A model generated the notes under the pieces. The model saw nothing but the letters and a program-made list of their open reading frames with translations, was not told where the DNA came from and ran no database searches. The translations under genes were made by a program, and so were the position numbers. Shown in pieces: positions 25,692-34,802 of a DNA stretch of 64,000 nt. The stretch is from Spirochaetia bacterium (GTDB lineage Bacteria; Spirochaetota; Spirochaetia; CADAEX01): contig JAFZIU010000077.1 in the NCBI GenBank assembly GCA_017554185.1, forward strand, positions 182-64,181, read 5' to 3'. How positions within the stretch are numbered: the first letter of the stretch is position 1; the number at the start of each line of letters is the position of its first letter.

Positions 25692-26554
25692 TTTACCACC
25701 TCCTTAAGGTTCTGGCCGGAGAGCTTGAGTGCTATCCAGATTATAATAGAAGACATAAGGAGCAGCAGGAAGCCGAAGGCAGCACCCATGTTCCAGTTGA
25801 AGTAGAGGATGAACTGGTTGTAGATCTGCTGTGTGAACCACAGGGAGTTCTTTCCGCCCATCAGGTTAGGTGTCAGGTAGCTTCCAAGAACCATCATGAA
25901 CACGATGATGCAGCCGGAGATTATACCGGGCATGCAGTGCGGAATTATTATATGACGCCAGATCACCCACTTCTTGGCGCCCAGGTCGTAGGCTGCCTCG
26001 ATATAGGAGTTGTCCAGGCTGTCCATTACACCGATAATCGGGACAATCATGAAGAGGACCGATGTGTAGACCAGACCCATGATCATGGCTGCGTCGTTGT
26101 ACAGCATCTCTATAGGCTGTTTCCAGATTCCGAACTTGGTCATGAAGTGGTTGATTATACCGCTCTCGCGGAGGATGATCATCCAGCCGTAAACTCTTAT
26201 AAGCTCGCTTACCCAGAACGGGATAAGGATAAGGATTGTCAGGAATCCACGGGTCTTGAGGCTTGCTATCTTAGTAATATAGAAAGCAACCGGAAGTCCG
26301 ATGATCAGCACGATTATGGTTACTGTGATGGAATACATTGCAGTGCGCAGGAAAGTGTTCCAGTAGATCGGCTCCTTGAAGAACTCAAAGTAGTTTGATA
26401 ATGTAAGTCCAGGCTGCTTTAGATATGCGGCTCTGGTGAATGACATACGCAGAAGCTCGATATGCGGCAGCACTATAAGGAGCAGCAGCCACAGGAAAAC
26501 CGGGATAAAGAATATAAAGAAGCCCCAGCCTAGCTTTTTAGATTTCGTCATCAT
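25688..26554 (-). CDS. potB: ABC transporter permease, PotB-like
   Basis: 6-TM permease with 4-nt overlaps on both sides. Confidence 0.75.
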   Translation of the reverse strand: MMTKSKKLGWGFFIFFIPVFLWLLLLIVLPHIELLRMSFTRAAYLKQPGLTLSNYFEFFKEPIYWNTFLRTAMYSITVTIIVLIIGLPVAFYITKIASLKTRGFLTILILIPFWVSELIRVYGWMIILRESGIINHFMTKFGIWKQPIEMLYNDAAMIMGLVYTSVLFMIVPIIGVMDSLDNSYIEAAYDLGAKKWVIWRHIIIPHCMPGIISGCIIVFMMVLGSYLTPNLMGGKNSLWFTQQIYNQFILYFNWNMGAAFGFLLLLMSSIIIWIALKLSGQNLKEVVK

Positions 26555-27647
26555 ACATCTTCGCTCCTGTTTCCTTGAAACATACAGAAGAAGCTGGATC
26601 CCAGCCGATTACGATATTGTCGCCCTTCTTGATGTAGTCGAACTGATGGTTCTGAGGCAGTGCAACAAGCACCTCCTGACCGGTAGGTGTGACTACCAGA
26701 AGCCTTGAGTTTCCGCCGTCGAACAGCACAGCCTTTACAAATACACCGGTGCGGTTGAAGGATGTCTTGTCCTCTGCAGGATTGATGATTATGGCTTCAG
26801 GACGGGTATACATTCCTACGGTGTCACCTTCCTTGCAGTCCTTGATGGAGGTGATGGCATACTTAAGGCTGTTCTTGTCCAGCACATAGAAGTTGCCGCT
26901 CTCGTCTTTTGCCAGTTTTCCGGTAACCTTGTTGTTGTTTCCTACGAACATGGCAACAAAGGAAGAAGCCGGGTTGTTGTACAGGTTGCTCGGAGTGTCG
27001 ATCTGCTCGAAGCGGCCGGTGTTCATTACTGCCACATGGTCGCTCATCACCATGGCCTCCGACTGGTCGTGGGTTATGTATACGAAGGTTGTGCCGATCT
27101 CGGCCTGCAGCTTCTTAAGCTCTACCTTCATGTGCTCACGCAGCTTAAGGTCCAGTGCTCCCAGAGGCTCGTCCAGAAGCAGTACTGCGGGCTCCAGGAC
27201 CAGACAGCGGGCAATTGCGATACGCTGTTTCTGGCCGCCGGAAAGCTGGTCAATCCGCTTGTCTGCATACTCTGGCAGACCTACTCTTTCAAGAATGTTA
27301 TGCACCTTTTTCATCACCTCTGGGGTTTTCTCGCCCCGGCGGCGGAGTCCGAATGCGATGTTTTCCTTGACATCCATCATCGGGAAAAGTGCAAGATGTT
27401 GAAAAACAAGGTTTACAGGCCGTTTGTTAGGCGGCACGTTTGCCATATTCTTTCCCCGGATTTCGATAGAACCTGCTGTAGGCTCGAAGAAACCGGCAAT
27501 CATTCTGAGCAGCGTTGTTTTTCCACATCCGGAAGGTCCAAGAATAGAGAAGAATTTTCCATCCTCTACATTGAAGGACACATCATTCACTGCAGTAAAA
27601 TCTCCATATTTCTTTACTACATTTTTTACTGAAAGAGCAATTTCCAT
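26538..27647 (-). CDS. potA: ABC transporter ATP-binding protein, PotA-like
   Basis: Walker A GPSGCGKTT, signature LSGGQKQR, Walker B LLLDEP, C-terminal TOBE domain. Confidence 0.85.
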   Translation of the reverse strand: MEIALSVKNVVKKYGDFTAVNDVSFNVEDGKFFSILGPSGCGKTTLLRMIAGFFEPTAGSIEIRGKNMANVPPNKRPVNLVFQHLALFPMMDVKENIAFGLRRRGEKTPEVMKKVHNILERVGLPEYADKRIDQLSGGQKQRIAIARCLVLEPAVLLLDEPLGALDLKLREHMKVELKKLQAEIGTTFVYITHDQSEAMVMSDHVAVMNTGRFEQIDTPSNLYNNPASSFVAMFVGNNNKVTGKLAKDESGNFYVLDKNSLKYAITSIKDCKEGDTVGMYTRPEAIIINPAEDKTSFNRTGVFVKAVLFDGGNSRLLVVTPTGQEVLVALPQNHQFDYIKKGDNIVIGWDPASSVCFKETGAKMYDDEI

Positions 27648-27720
27648 GTTATACCTGCACTAATAAAAGATAAAAAAAAGCAAAGCCGGCACGTGGCCAG
27701 CTTTGCCTAAGAATGAAAAC

Positions 27721-28818
27721 TTATTTTGCAGCTCTCATCTTGTCGAGAATCTTTCCTTCCATTTCCTCAAGTCCTGATGGAACGGTCGGATACCAGTTCA
27801 TGTTAGCCATAACTTCTGGTGTGAAGCATCTTGAGAAGTTTGCAGCAGCTTCTGGAGTATAGTATTTAACTGCATCCTTTGATGCTGTACCATAGCCTTC
27901 TGCGTTTGTGAACTCAGCTGCCTTCTCTGGCTGCAGAACGAAGTTGATCCACTTGTAAGCGCCTTCAACGTTCTCAGACTTTGCAGGAAGTGCAAATGTG
28001 TCAACCCATGCCATAGCTCCGCTCTTTGGTGCTACGTAGTCGATGTCTGGGTTCTCTTTGTAGAGCTTCCATGCTCCCTGCTCCCAGCCTTTTGCCAGCC
28101 AGATCTCTCCAGCTCTCATACCCTGCAGGAGTGCGTCGCCGTTTTCCCAGTAGTACTTAAGAACTTTCTTGCCTTCGATCAGCTTTGCTCCAACTGCATC
28201 AAGCATCTTCTGATATTCAGTCGGGTTGCTGTAAAGAGCGAATGGGTCATATCCAAGGGCAAATCCCATAGCGCAGAGGATAGGTCTCTTGCATCTGTAG
28301 GATACATGTCCTGCATACTGTGGGTCCAGAAGGTCTGTGTAGTCCAGTTCTTTTGGATCTTTCTTGACATACTTCTTGTTTACAACAAGTCCGGATGTTC
28401 CGAATACGTGTGGAACTGCATAGGACTGGCCTTTGTACTCAGTATACTTCTTTGTTGCAGCAAGTGTGCTTGCATCCAGCTGATCTGTGTTGACCTTTGA
28501 ATAGTCGATCGGCTGATAAATTCCAAACTCTTCAACTACTGCCACAACTCTGTCCTGTGATGGCTGTGCCAGGTCGAATCCGCTGCCGCCTGTAGCTCTC
28601 AGCTTGGAGATCATCTCCTCGTTGCTGGATGGTGTAGCTTCTACCTTAATACCATAAAGTCTCTCGAACTCGTCGATCTGGGACTGTGGAGCATATCCTG
28701 TCCAAGTGAGCATTCTAAGAACTTTGTTTTCTGCAGCTGCTTTCTCTTTGTTTCCGCCTGCAAATGCAACAGATGCACATACGAGGACAACAAGAAGAAC
28801 CAGTAAAGCTTTTTTCAT
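27721..28818 (-). CDS. potD: periplasmic polyamine-type solute-binding protein, PotD/PotF family
   Basis: Signal peptide plus type-2 periplasmic binding fold. First gene of the minus-strand operon. Confidence 0.75.
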   Translation of the reverse strand: MKKALLVLLVVLVCASVAFAGGNKEKAAAENKVLRMLTWTGYAPQSQIDEFERLYGIKVEATPSSNEEMISKLRATGGSGFDLAQPSQDRVVAVVEEFGIYQPIDYSKVNTDQLDASTLAATKKYTEYKGQSYAVPHVFGTSGLVVNKKYVKKDPKELDYTDLLDPQYAGHVSYRCKRPILCAMGFALGYDPFALYSNPTEYQKMLDAVGAKLIEGKKVLKYYWENGDALLQGMRAGEIWLAKGWEQGAWKLYKENPDIDYVAPKSGAMAWVDTFALPAKSENVEGAYKWINFVLQPEKAAEFTNAEGYGTASKDAVKYYTPEAAANFSRCFTPEVMANMNWYPTVPSGLEEMEGKILDKMRAAK

Positions 28819-28948
28819 ATTTTTCCTCCATTAGATATATGTTCTTCTATTTTCCCCTATTTTAAGTGTCAAGTCAACCTTTTTTCCACCCTTTATTATA
28901 TATATTTTTTATATTGATAATAACTTTAGGAATGATTAATATAAGGTT

Positions 28949-29704
28949 GTGGACCGTTTTTCCAGAATCATACAGGTGATCGGTGATGACTCTTTCCAGA
29001 AGATCCAGAAGGCGCGGATAACCATCTTTGGACTTGGTGCCGTAGGGGCCTGGGCGGCCGAGATGCTGTCCCGGAGCGGTGTGGGTCACTTTACCCTGGT
29101 GGATTTTGACCAGATTGCCAAGACCAACATAAACCGGCATGTGTGTGCCACCGAGTCCACCATAGGAATCCCCAAGGTAGAGGCTGTGCGGAACCGGATC
29201 CTGGATATAAATCCGAAGGCCGAGGTGAAGGCGCTCAAGCTGTTTGCAGACTACACCAACAGGGATGCGATTCTGGACGAGAATCCTGATATAGTGATTG
29301 ATGCCATAGATTCCCTGGGGCCAAAGGCGGCCCTGCTGGAAGCCATCCACCAGCGGGGGCTACGGGCCATCTCCTCCATGGGGGCTGCACTGAAGACCGA
29401 CATAACTGCTGTCCACACCGGAGACCTGTTCAAGACCACGGTATGCCCGCTGGCCCGGAGCCTGCGCAAGTACTTGCGCCGCCGGGGGATAGCTGACGGA
29501 ATACTGTGCGTATACTCAACCGAGCTGCCGGATCCTGGAGCTCTTAGAGCCCCGGAGATAGAGCCTGATGATGAGCAGCTGCACAGGGGCCGGGAGCGGA
29601 ACATACTGGGCAGCTATCCCCCGGTGACCGCTGTGTTCGGGATTACAATAGCCGACCTGGCAGTAAAGATGATATGTAATCCCGACTCTGCTGCCGGGCG
29701 ATAG
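28949..29704 (+). CDS. tcdA: tRNA threonylcarbamoyladenosine dehydratase (ThiF/MoeB-like E1 fold)
   Basis: Rossmann motif IFGLGAVGAWAAEMLSRSGVG. GTG start. Confidence 0.8.
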   Translation: MDRFSRIIQVIGDDSFQKIQKARITIFGLGAVGAWAAEMLSRSGVGHFTLVDFDQIAKTNINRHVCATESTIGIPKVEAVRNRILDINPKAEVKALKLFADYTNRDAILDENPDIVIDAIDSLGPKAALLEAIHQRGLRAISSMGAALKTDITAVHTGDLFKTTVCPLARSLRKYLRRRGIADGILCVYSTELPDPGALRAPEIEPDDEQLHRGRERNILGSYPPVTAVFGITIADLAVKMICNPDSAAGR

Positions 29705-29706
29705 GC

Positions 29707-29732
29707 AAAAAAAAGCCTCCCGGTCGGGAGGC
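29707..29732. terminator. terminator hairpin gcctcccg-gtc-gggaggc with an A-run on the plus side (U-run on the minus side); terminates the minus-strand tRNA-Arg/MFS transcript, possibly bidirectional
   Basis: Seen in sequence. Confidence 0.55.
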
Positions 29733-29739
29733 ATCTATC

Positions 29740-29813
29740 TAGGCCCTAGAAGATTCGAACTTCTGACCTACGGCTTAGAAGGCAGTTGCTCTATCCAGCT
29801 GAGCTAAGGGCCC
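29740..29813 (-). tRNA. tRNA-Arg(TCT)
   Basis: Reverse complement GGGCCCTTAGCTCAGCTGGATAGAGCAACTGCCTTCTAAGCCGTAGGTCAGAAGTTCGAATCTTCTAGGGCCTA is very close to E. coli argU. G1-U72 wobble and one U-C mismatch in the anticodon stem. Confidence 0.8.
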
Positions 29814-29849
29814 AAGATAAGAGAAGTATATTTATTACAATATTTGTTG

Positions 29850-31052
29850 TCAAGTTGCCTTTCCTATTTTTCTAAGTGCAAAGACAGAGAGTAAAAGACA
29901 TGGAATCATGATCATGGCGATAAGCTGGAAGTTGCCTGTTCCGGCGTACAGGGCATAACCCAGGAACGGCCCTGTGGCGCTTCCCATATCCTGGAACGTG
30001 GCAATGCGGTTCATGAACACAGCCTGCTCTGCAGGATTGGCATATTCACCGGCAATGGAGGTGCGCAGGATCTGGGAGGCGGAACCGGAGAAAAGCTGCA
30101 CTATGAACATGGCCAGCATTATGTACCACAGCTTGAATATAGCCAGTGTCAGGATAATGATTATCTGAATGATAAATACAATTGAAAAAGCTTTCCTGCG
30201 CCCTATCTTGTCGCATACATACCCGATCACAGGGCCGCTTAAGGACACTATCTGCCCTGCCACCTGGAACAGGGCGGCGAAGGTGGCCGCACCCACGGCT
30301 ATGCCGGCCCCGGGCAGGATATAATCAACAATAGCACGACCCCGCAGGGAGCCCATCATGGTGGCAAATGTGGCAGAGACCAGGATCACAAGGCCCAGTA
30401 TTATGAGCACCTTGGGGTTGCTCACCTTACCCCGCCCTGCCCGGGGTGCTGTATCCACCGCTGCTCCGTCGGCTCCCATAAGGTTCGCCCTGCCCCCCTT
30501 GAAGAAAAGCAGGCAGGCAGCAGTAAGGGCCGCAAGCAGTACAGGCACTGACCGGGGGGATATAAGGTCGGCCAGGACACCGGAGATAATAGTTATAATG
30601 CCGTAAATCTGCCCTTTTATGGTCTCGTGCCATGCCATATACCGGCTTAAGGACTCCCGGTTTGAATAGCGCAGGGCAGCTATGTACCCCTCTATACGGA
30701 GCAGCGAGAAGCAACCTCCCCAGAGGGCGCGCAGGAAAAGGAGCCACCAGAAGCCCCATGGTATAGCGTAACCCAAAGTTATGAATGTGGAAAGGCATAC
30801 AGCGATAACCAGCGGTTTATCTGAATTCATCCGGGTGACCACAGAGGTGGAGATCTCGTTTGTAATAAGCCGGACAAACCGGTTAACAGAAAGGAGTATT
30901 CCGATCTGGAACACTGTGATATTAAAGCTTTCAGGGGTTACTGGAAGCAGGCAGTAGATCATGGCATCACCAGCCATTCCCAGCCCCACAATAATCATGA
31001 CTATGATGAATTTTTTTGTATCCGGGGTGATCTTTGTCCGCATAATACTCAA
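29850..31052 (-). CDS. MFS transporter
   Basis: 400 aa, 12 TM. 4-nt overlap with the recR stop. Confidence 0.8.
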   Translation of the reverse strand: MSIMRTKITPDTKKFIIVMIIVGLGMAGDAMIYCLLPVTPESFNITVFQIGILLSVNRFVRLITNEISTSVVTRMNSDKPLVIAVCLSTFITLGYAIPWGFWWLLFLRALWGGCFSLLRIEGYIAALRYSNRESLSRYMAWHETIKGQIYGIITIISGVLADLISPRSVPVLLAALTAACLLFFKGGRANLMGADGAAVDTAPRAGRGKVSNPKVLIILGLVILVSATFATMMGSLRGRAIVDYILPGAGIAVGAATFAALFQVAGQIVSLSGPVIGYVCDKIGRRKAFSIVFIIQIIIILTLAIFKLWYIMLAMFIVQLFSGSASQILRTSIAGEYANPAEQAVFMNRIATFQDMGSATGPFLGYALYAGTGNFQLIAMIMIPCLLLSVFALRKIGKAT

Positions 31053-31654
31053 ATTGAAGTACGTCCCAATAGCGAACGGGTCAACGTCATCCGGTCAACA
31101 TATTCAAGGTCGCCCCCCACAGGAAGCCCTGATGCAAGCCGTGTAACTTTTATATGGATGCCCCGGTTCTCCAGCATCTTCTGGATATAGAGGGCAGTGG
31201 TCTCTCCTTCCACCGATGGGTTCAGGGCAAATATCAGTTCCTCAACCTCCCCTTTCTCTATCCGGCTTATAAGGGGATAGACGTTCAGCTTCTCGGGCCC
31301 TATGCCGTCAATGGGCGAAAGAAGTCCCATAAGCACATGGTAATAGCCATCAAAGGCACCGGTAGATTCGATGATGTCGATATCCTGTGGATTCTCCACC
31401 ACGCACAGAAGCTTCTTATTCCGTGTGGTGTCGGAGCAGATGCTGCACTCATGGGCATCGGTGTAGCAGCCGCATGTCGGACATGGTTTTATAGTCTCTT
31501 TAAGTTTTTTTATGTTGTCAGCCAGGTTGTCGGTGAAGAAGGAATCCTCTTTTAAAAGATGATAGACAATCCGGGCAGCACTCTTACGCCCAATTCCTGG
31601 CAGAGAGGAGAAATTCTTTATAAGCACATCGATGATGGTCTCTTGGGTCTTCAT
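31049..31654 (-). CDS. recR: recombination protein RecR
   Basis: HhH (LPGIGRKSAARI), C4 zinc finger (CPTCGCYTDAHECSIC), Toprim domain. Confidence 0.9.
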   Translation of the reverse strand: MKTQETIIDVLIKNFSSLPGIGRKSAARIVYHLLKEDSFFTDNLADNIKKLKETIKPCPTCGCYTDAHECSICSDTTRNKKLLCVVENPQDIDIIESTGAFDGYYHVLMGLLSPIDGIGPEKLNVYPLISRIEKGEVEELIFALNPSVEGETTALYIQKMLENRGIHIKVTRLASGLPVGGDLEYVDRMTLTRSLLGRTSI

Positions 31655-31974
31655 CAGATACCTGCGAATCCAGGAGGAAGCCCGCCCATGCGGGAAGAGA
31701 ACTCCTCGTTCATCTTCTGCTTTATCTTGTTATATGCATCAGTGCAGGCAGCCTTCACCAGCTGTTCTGTCATGGATGGGTCGGATGCATCAATGGCATC
31801 GGGAGATATCTTTACATCGGTTATCTCCATCTTGCCGTTCATGTCCACCCGCACCATATCGCCGCCGCCATAGCCGCTTACAGAGAGGTTCTCCATCGAT
31901 TTCTTCATCTCTTCCATCTTGGCCTGGATGCCGGAGGCGTTCTTCAATATATCCATCGGGTTGAAATTCATCAT
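31654..31974 (-). CDS. ybaB: nucleoid-associated protein YbaB/EbfC
   Basis: YbaB fold. ATG at 31974 (or 31971) with AAAGGA RBS; the track start is a TTG. Confidence 0.85.
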   Translation of the reverse strand: MMNFNPMDILKNASGIQAKMEEMKKSMENLSVSGYGGGDMVRVDMNGKMEITDVKISPDAIDASDPSMTEQLVKAACTDAYNKIKQKMNEEFSSRMGGLPPGFAGI

Positions 31975-31984
31975 ATTATCCTTT

Positions 31985-33580
31985 TCAGACAATCTCGCCT
32001 TTAAAAACGTTCTTCACCATCTCCACAGCCGGCGACACAGCTGGCCTTACTGCCGCAGCACTGGCATTCTCCTGTTTCTGGGGCTTCTGCACCTCGACAG
32101 CAAGATTCTGCCCTGTTGTCTCTGCAACCACAGATCCGATTTTTTGGGCAGCCTCCTCCAGTTTCAATGCCTGGAAAGATTCGGAACATGGAATGATCAC
32201 CTTTCCATTCTGCACTTTCCACCCGCCGGTCCGCTCCAGGGAAGAAGCGAGGAAAATCTCATTTTCCTTTTTAAAAGCTTCAATCACATTGTTTCTTATA
32301 GCTGTGATGTCAATCTGCGCCGGCTCTGGTTCATCCTGCACATCTTCGGGCTTGGTTTCTTCAGCCTGATGTGAAGCACTGTCATCCTGAACTGGTTTCA
32401 GGGGAATATCCTGTTTCGGAGCGCAGCCTTTTGCCGGCACAAATCCTTTCTTAAGAGCCTCAAGCCGCTCCACCAGCTCGGAACTGGAGACAAAGTTCTT
32501 CATAGAAGAGAGCCGGGTCACCAGAAGTTCAAGCTCAAACCGCTGGCTCAGCGAATAGCGCAGGTCCCGGTAAAGCTGGAGCACAAGGGCAAGCGCCTGC
32601 TCTATCTGATACACAGAGAATGCAGAAATAACCTTGGGTGAGAATGCAGCGCTGGAATAGCCCAGGACCGATTCCTTATCCACATTGTTCTTTATAAGCA
32701 GGATGTTGCGGAAATACTCGGTAAGCTCGGTTACAAACTGCTCTACAGCCACGCCGCTGGCCAGAATATCGTCCAGGATTTCCAGTGCAGCCTTGGAAGA
32801 GCCGTCTGCAAAGCACTCGGCCAGCTGGTTTATCTTGTCAAAGCCCACCAGCCCCATCTTCTCCTTGATCAGGGCAAGGGAAATCTCATCCCCCGAGAAA
32901 GCCGCTATCTTGTCGAACAGGGTATAGGCATCCCGGAGCGACCCGGTGGCTTCCTTAGCTATCCAGAAAAGGACATCATCATCAGCCTTTATGCTGCTCT
33001 CGTCGCATATCTTGCGCAGCCTTTCCTTGATCACGTCGGTGTGGATAAGGCGGAAATTGAAATGCTGGCACCGGGAGCGGATGGTTGCCGGCACCTTGTA
33101 GACCTCGGTGGTGGCAAAGATGAATACAATATATGGAGGTGGCTCCTCTATGGTCTTGAGCAGTGCGTTGAATGCACTGTTTGAGAGCATGTGCACCTCG
33201 TCAATGATATAGACTTTATACTTGGAATTGGCAGGGGCGAAAAGCACTTCGTCCTTGATCTGCCGCACGTCATTCACCGATGTGTTGGATGCGCCGTCTA
33301 TCTCGATCACATCCATGGAGTTGCCCTGGGCAATCTCCCTGCAGCTGGAGCACTGGCAGCATGGGTTACCGTCCGGTAACGGGTTCTGGCAGTTTATGGC
33401 TTTGGCCAGGATGCGTGCGGCAGAAGTCTTGCCTACGCCCCGGGGTCCCGAGAACAGGTAGGCATGGGCAATCTTGCCTGAAGAAGTCGATTTCTTGAGG
33501 CTGGTGGCCACAAAATCCTGCCCTGCCAGCTGGTCGAAAATGGCGGGTCTCATTCTGGTTGCAGTTACGGTGTATGACAT
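31985..33580 (-). CDS. dnaX: DNA polymerase III subunits gamma/tau
   Basis: AAA+ Walker A GPRGVGKTS, Zn module CQCSSC, DEVH box IIDEVHML. Confidence 0.9.
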   Translation of the reverse strand: MSYTVTATRMRPAIFDQLAGQDFVATSLKKSTSSGKIAHAYLFSGPRGVGKTSAARILAKAINCQNPLPDGNPCCQCSSCREIAQGNSMDVIEIDGASNTSVNDVRQIKDEVLFAPANSKYKVYIIDEVHMLSNSAFNALLKTIEEPPPYIVFIFATTEVYKVPATIRSRCQHFNFRLIHTDVIKERLRKICDESSIKADDDVLFWIAKEATGSLRDAYTLFDKIAAFSGDEISLALIKEKMGLVGFDKINQLAECFADGSSKAALEILDDILASGVAVEQFVTELTEYFRNILLIKNNVDKESVLGYSSAAFSPKVISAFSVYQIEQALALVLQLYRDLRYSLSQRFELELLVTRLSSMKNFVSSSELVERLEALKKGFVPAKGCAPKQDIPLKPVQDDSASHQAEETKPEDVQDEPEPAQIDITAIRNNVIEAFKKENEIFLASSLERTGGWKVQNGKVIIPCSESFQALKLEEAAQKIGSVVAETTGQNLAVEVQKPQKQENASAAAVRPAVSPAVEMVKNVFKGEIV

Positions 33581-33650
33581 CTTTTATAGTATAAGGTAAA
33601 TAATTGCATAGGTCAATTGACAAATTGCCAGCGGGAAAGGTACAATTTTC

Positions 33651-34493
33651 ATGATGACATACCAGAGTTTTAAGAAACGTGTTTTTGAAATTGTAGACAG
33701 ATCCAAGCCCGGCGATACTGCAAGCCGGATTTTTGATGTCTCGATAATTTCATTAATCATCGTCACTATTATCACAATCTTCATAGAGACTTTCGATATA
33801 CCTGACAAGCTGCAGAAAGCCATTGATAATTTTGAGACATTCACTCTGATTGTATTCTCGGTGGAGTATCTCCTCAGGCTCTGGGTCTCTCCGTTCCTTT
33901 ATCCACGCCTTTCTCCGGCCAAGGCCCGTCTGAAATACTGTTTCTCGTTCATAGCGATTCTGGACCTGATAGCAATCCTTCCGTTCTGGGTACCTGCCCT
34001 CTATCCCTTTGACCTCCGTATCCTGAGGGTTTTCTGGCTTATCAAGGCCAACCGGCATACCAGATCCATGCGGAAGCTTTTTGTGATAATGAAGCGGAAA
34101 AAAACAGAGCTGTTCTATTCATTATTTGTGCTGTTTGTTCTTCTGCTGGCCACCTCTGTCCTGGTTTATCATTTTGAGTCCAATGCCCAGCCAAATATAT
34201 ATGGCAATGCCCTGGAAGGCCTGTGGTGGTCTATATCAATATTCACATTTGCATGGCCTGGAGATGTCTATCCCATCACCATACCCGGAAGGCTTTTGGG
34301 TGGAATCATGGCTATAATAGGCATGGCAATAATTGCAGTCCCTGTAGGTATCATTTCATCCGGATTTATGGAAAGTGCGGAGAAATCCAGCAAAAACAAA
34401 GAAAGAGACGTCAAACTCGAGCTCCTCAATCAGATAAAAGAAGAACTGGATGACATCAAGAAAAAAGTTGATAAATCAGGAGATAAAGAATGA
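33651..34493 (+). CDS. Kv-like 6-TM ion channel with non-canonical selectivity filter (TFAWPGD)
   Basis: S4-like LRILRVFWLIKANRH. The pore region GLWWSISIFTFAWPGDVYPIT aligns to Kv [20 protein letters not shown]. Confidence 0.7.
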   Translation: MMTYQSFKKRVFEIVDRSKPGDTASRIFDVSIISLIIVTIITIFIETFDIPDKLQKAIDNFETFTLIVFSVEYLLRLWVSPFLYPRLSPAKARLKYCFSFIAILDLIAILPFWVPALYPFDLRILRVFWLIKANRHTRSMRKLFVIMKRKKTELFYSLFVLFVLLLATSVLVYHFESNAQPNIYGNALEGLWWSISIFTFAWPGDVYPITIPGRLLGGIMAIIGMAIIAVPVGIISSGFMESAEKSSKNKERDVKLELLNQIKEELDDIKKKVDKSGDKE

Positions 34494-34750
34494 AAGATTA
34501 CACTATCCCTACCCAGAATATCTGCCCCCGTTCCATCTCGTTTTCCATCGAAGACGGCAAAGTTTATAACATAAAGTTCCAGGGGGGCTGCCCAGGCAAC
34601 ACCAAGGCAATAGCAAAGCTGCTTGAGGGAGCCGATGCACAGTATGTGGTGGACATGCTCAAGGGCAACGACTGCGGCGGCAAAGGCACTTCCTGCGCCG
34701 ACCAGCTGGCCCGCGGTGTGGAACAAGCCCTGGCTGAACAGCCAGCATAA
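34490..34750 (+). CDS. small conserved 4-Cys protein (86 aa)
   Basis: AGGAG RBS. The ATG overlaps the channel-gene stop (ATGA). Cys in CPRS, GGCPGN, NDCGGKGTSC. Confidence 0.5.
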   Translation: MKDYTIPTQNICPRSISFSIEDGKVYNIKFQGGCPGNTKAIAKLLEGADAQYVVDMLKGNDCGGKGTSCADQLARGVEQALAEQPA

Positions 34751-34755
34751 TAAAT

Positions 34756-34786
34756 AAAAAGGGCAGCCAAGAAGCTGCCCTTTAAA
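34756..34786. terminator. bidirectional terminator between convergent genes (gggcagc-caagaa-gctgccc flanked by A5 and TTTAAA)
   Basis: Seen in sequence. Confidence 0.55.
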
Positions 34787-34802
34787 CACTTTTCAGTGAA
34801 TC

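Noticed and set aside
28819-28948. Lysine riboswitch (L-box) at the head of the operon that ends with dapB-dapA
   Set aside because: No L-box conserved core motifs were seen. The region is a simple AT-rich promoter (TTGACT ... GAAAAT) with a GGAGG RBS.
32250-32280. Possible programmed -1 frameshift site in dnaX (TTT AAA AAG GAA at a position equivalent to the E. coli gamma/tau shift)
   Set aside because: The heptamer is T-AAA-AAG, not A-AAA-AAG. The -1 frame continues for about 24 codons instead of terminating quickly, and no obvious downstream stimulatory hairpin is present.
33581-33650. Looked for a 4.5S/SRP RNA (ffs) immediately upstream of dnaX, as in many bacteria
   Set aside because: No conserved SRP domain-IV motif (GGAAG...symmetrical loop) is present. 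The region looks like a plain AT-rich promoter.
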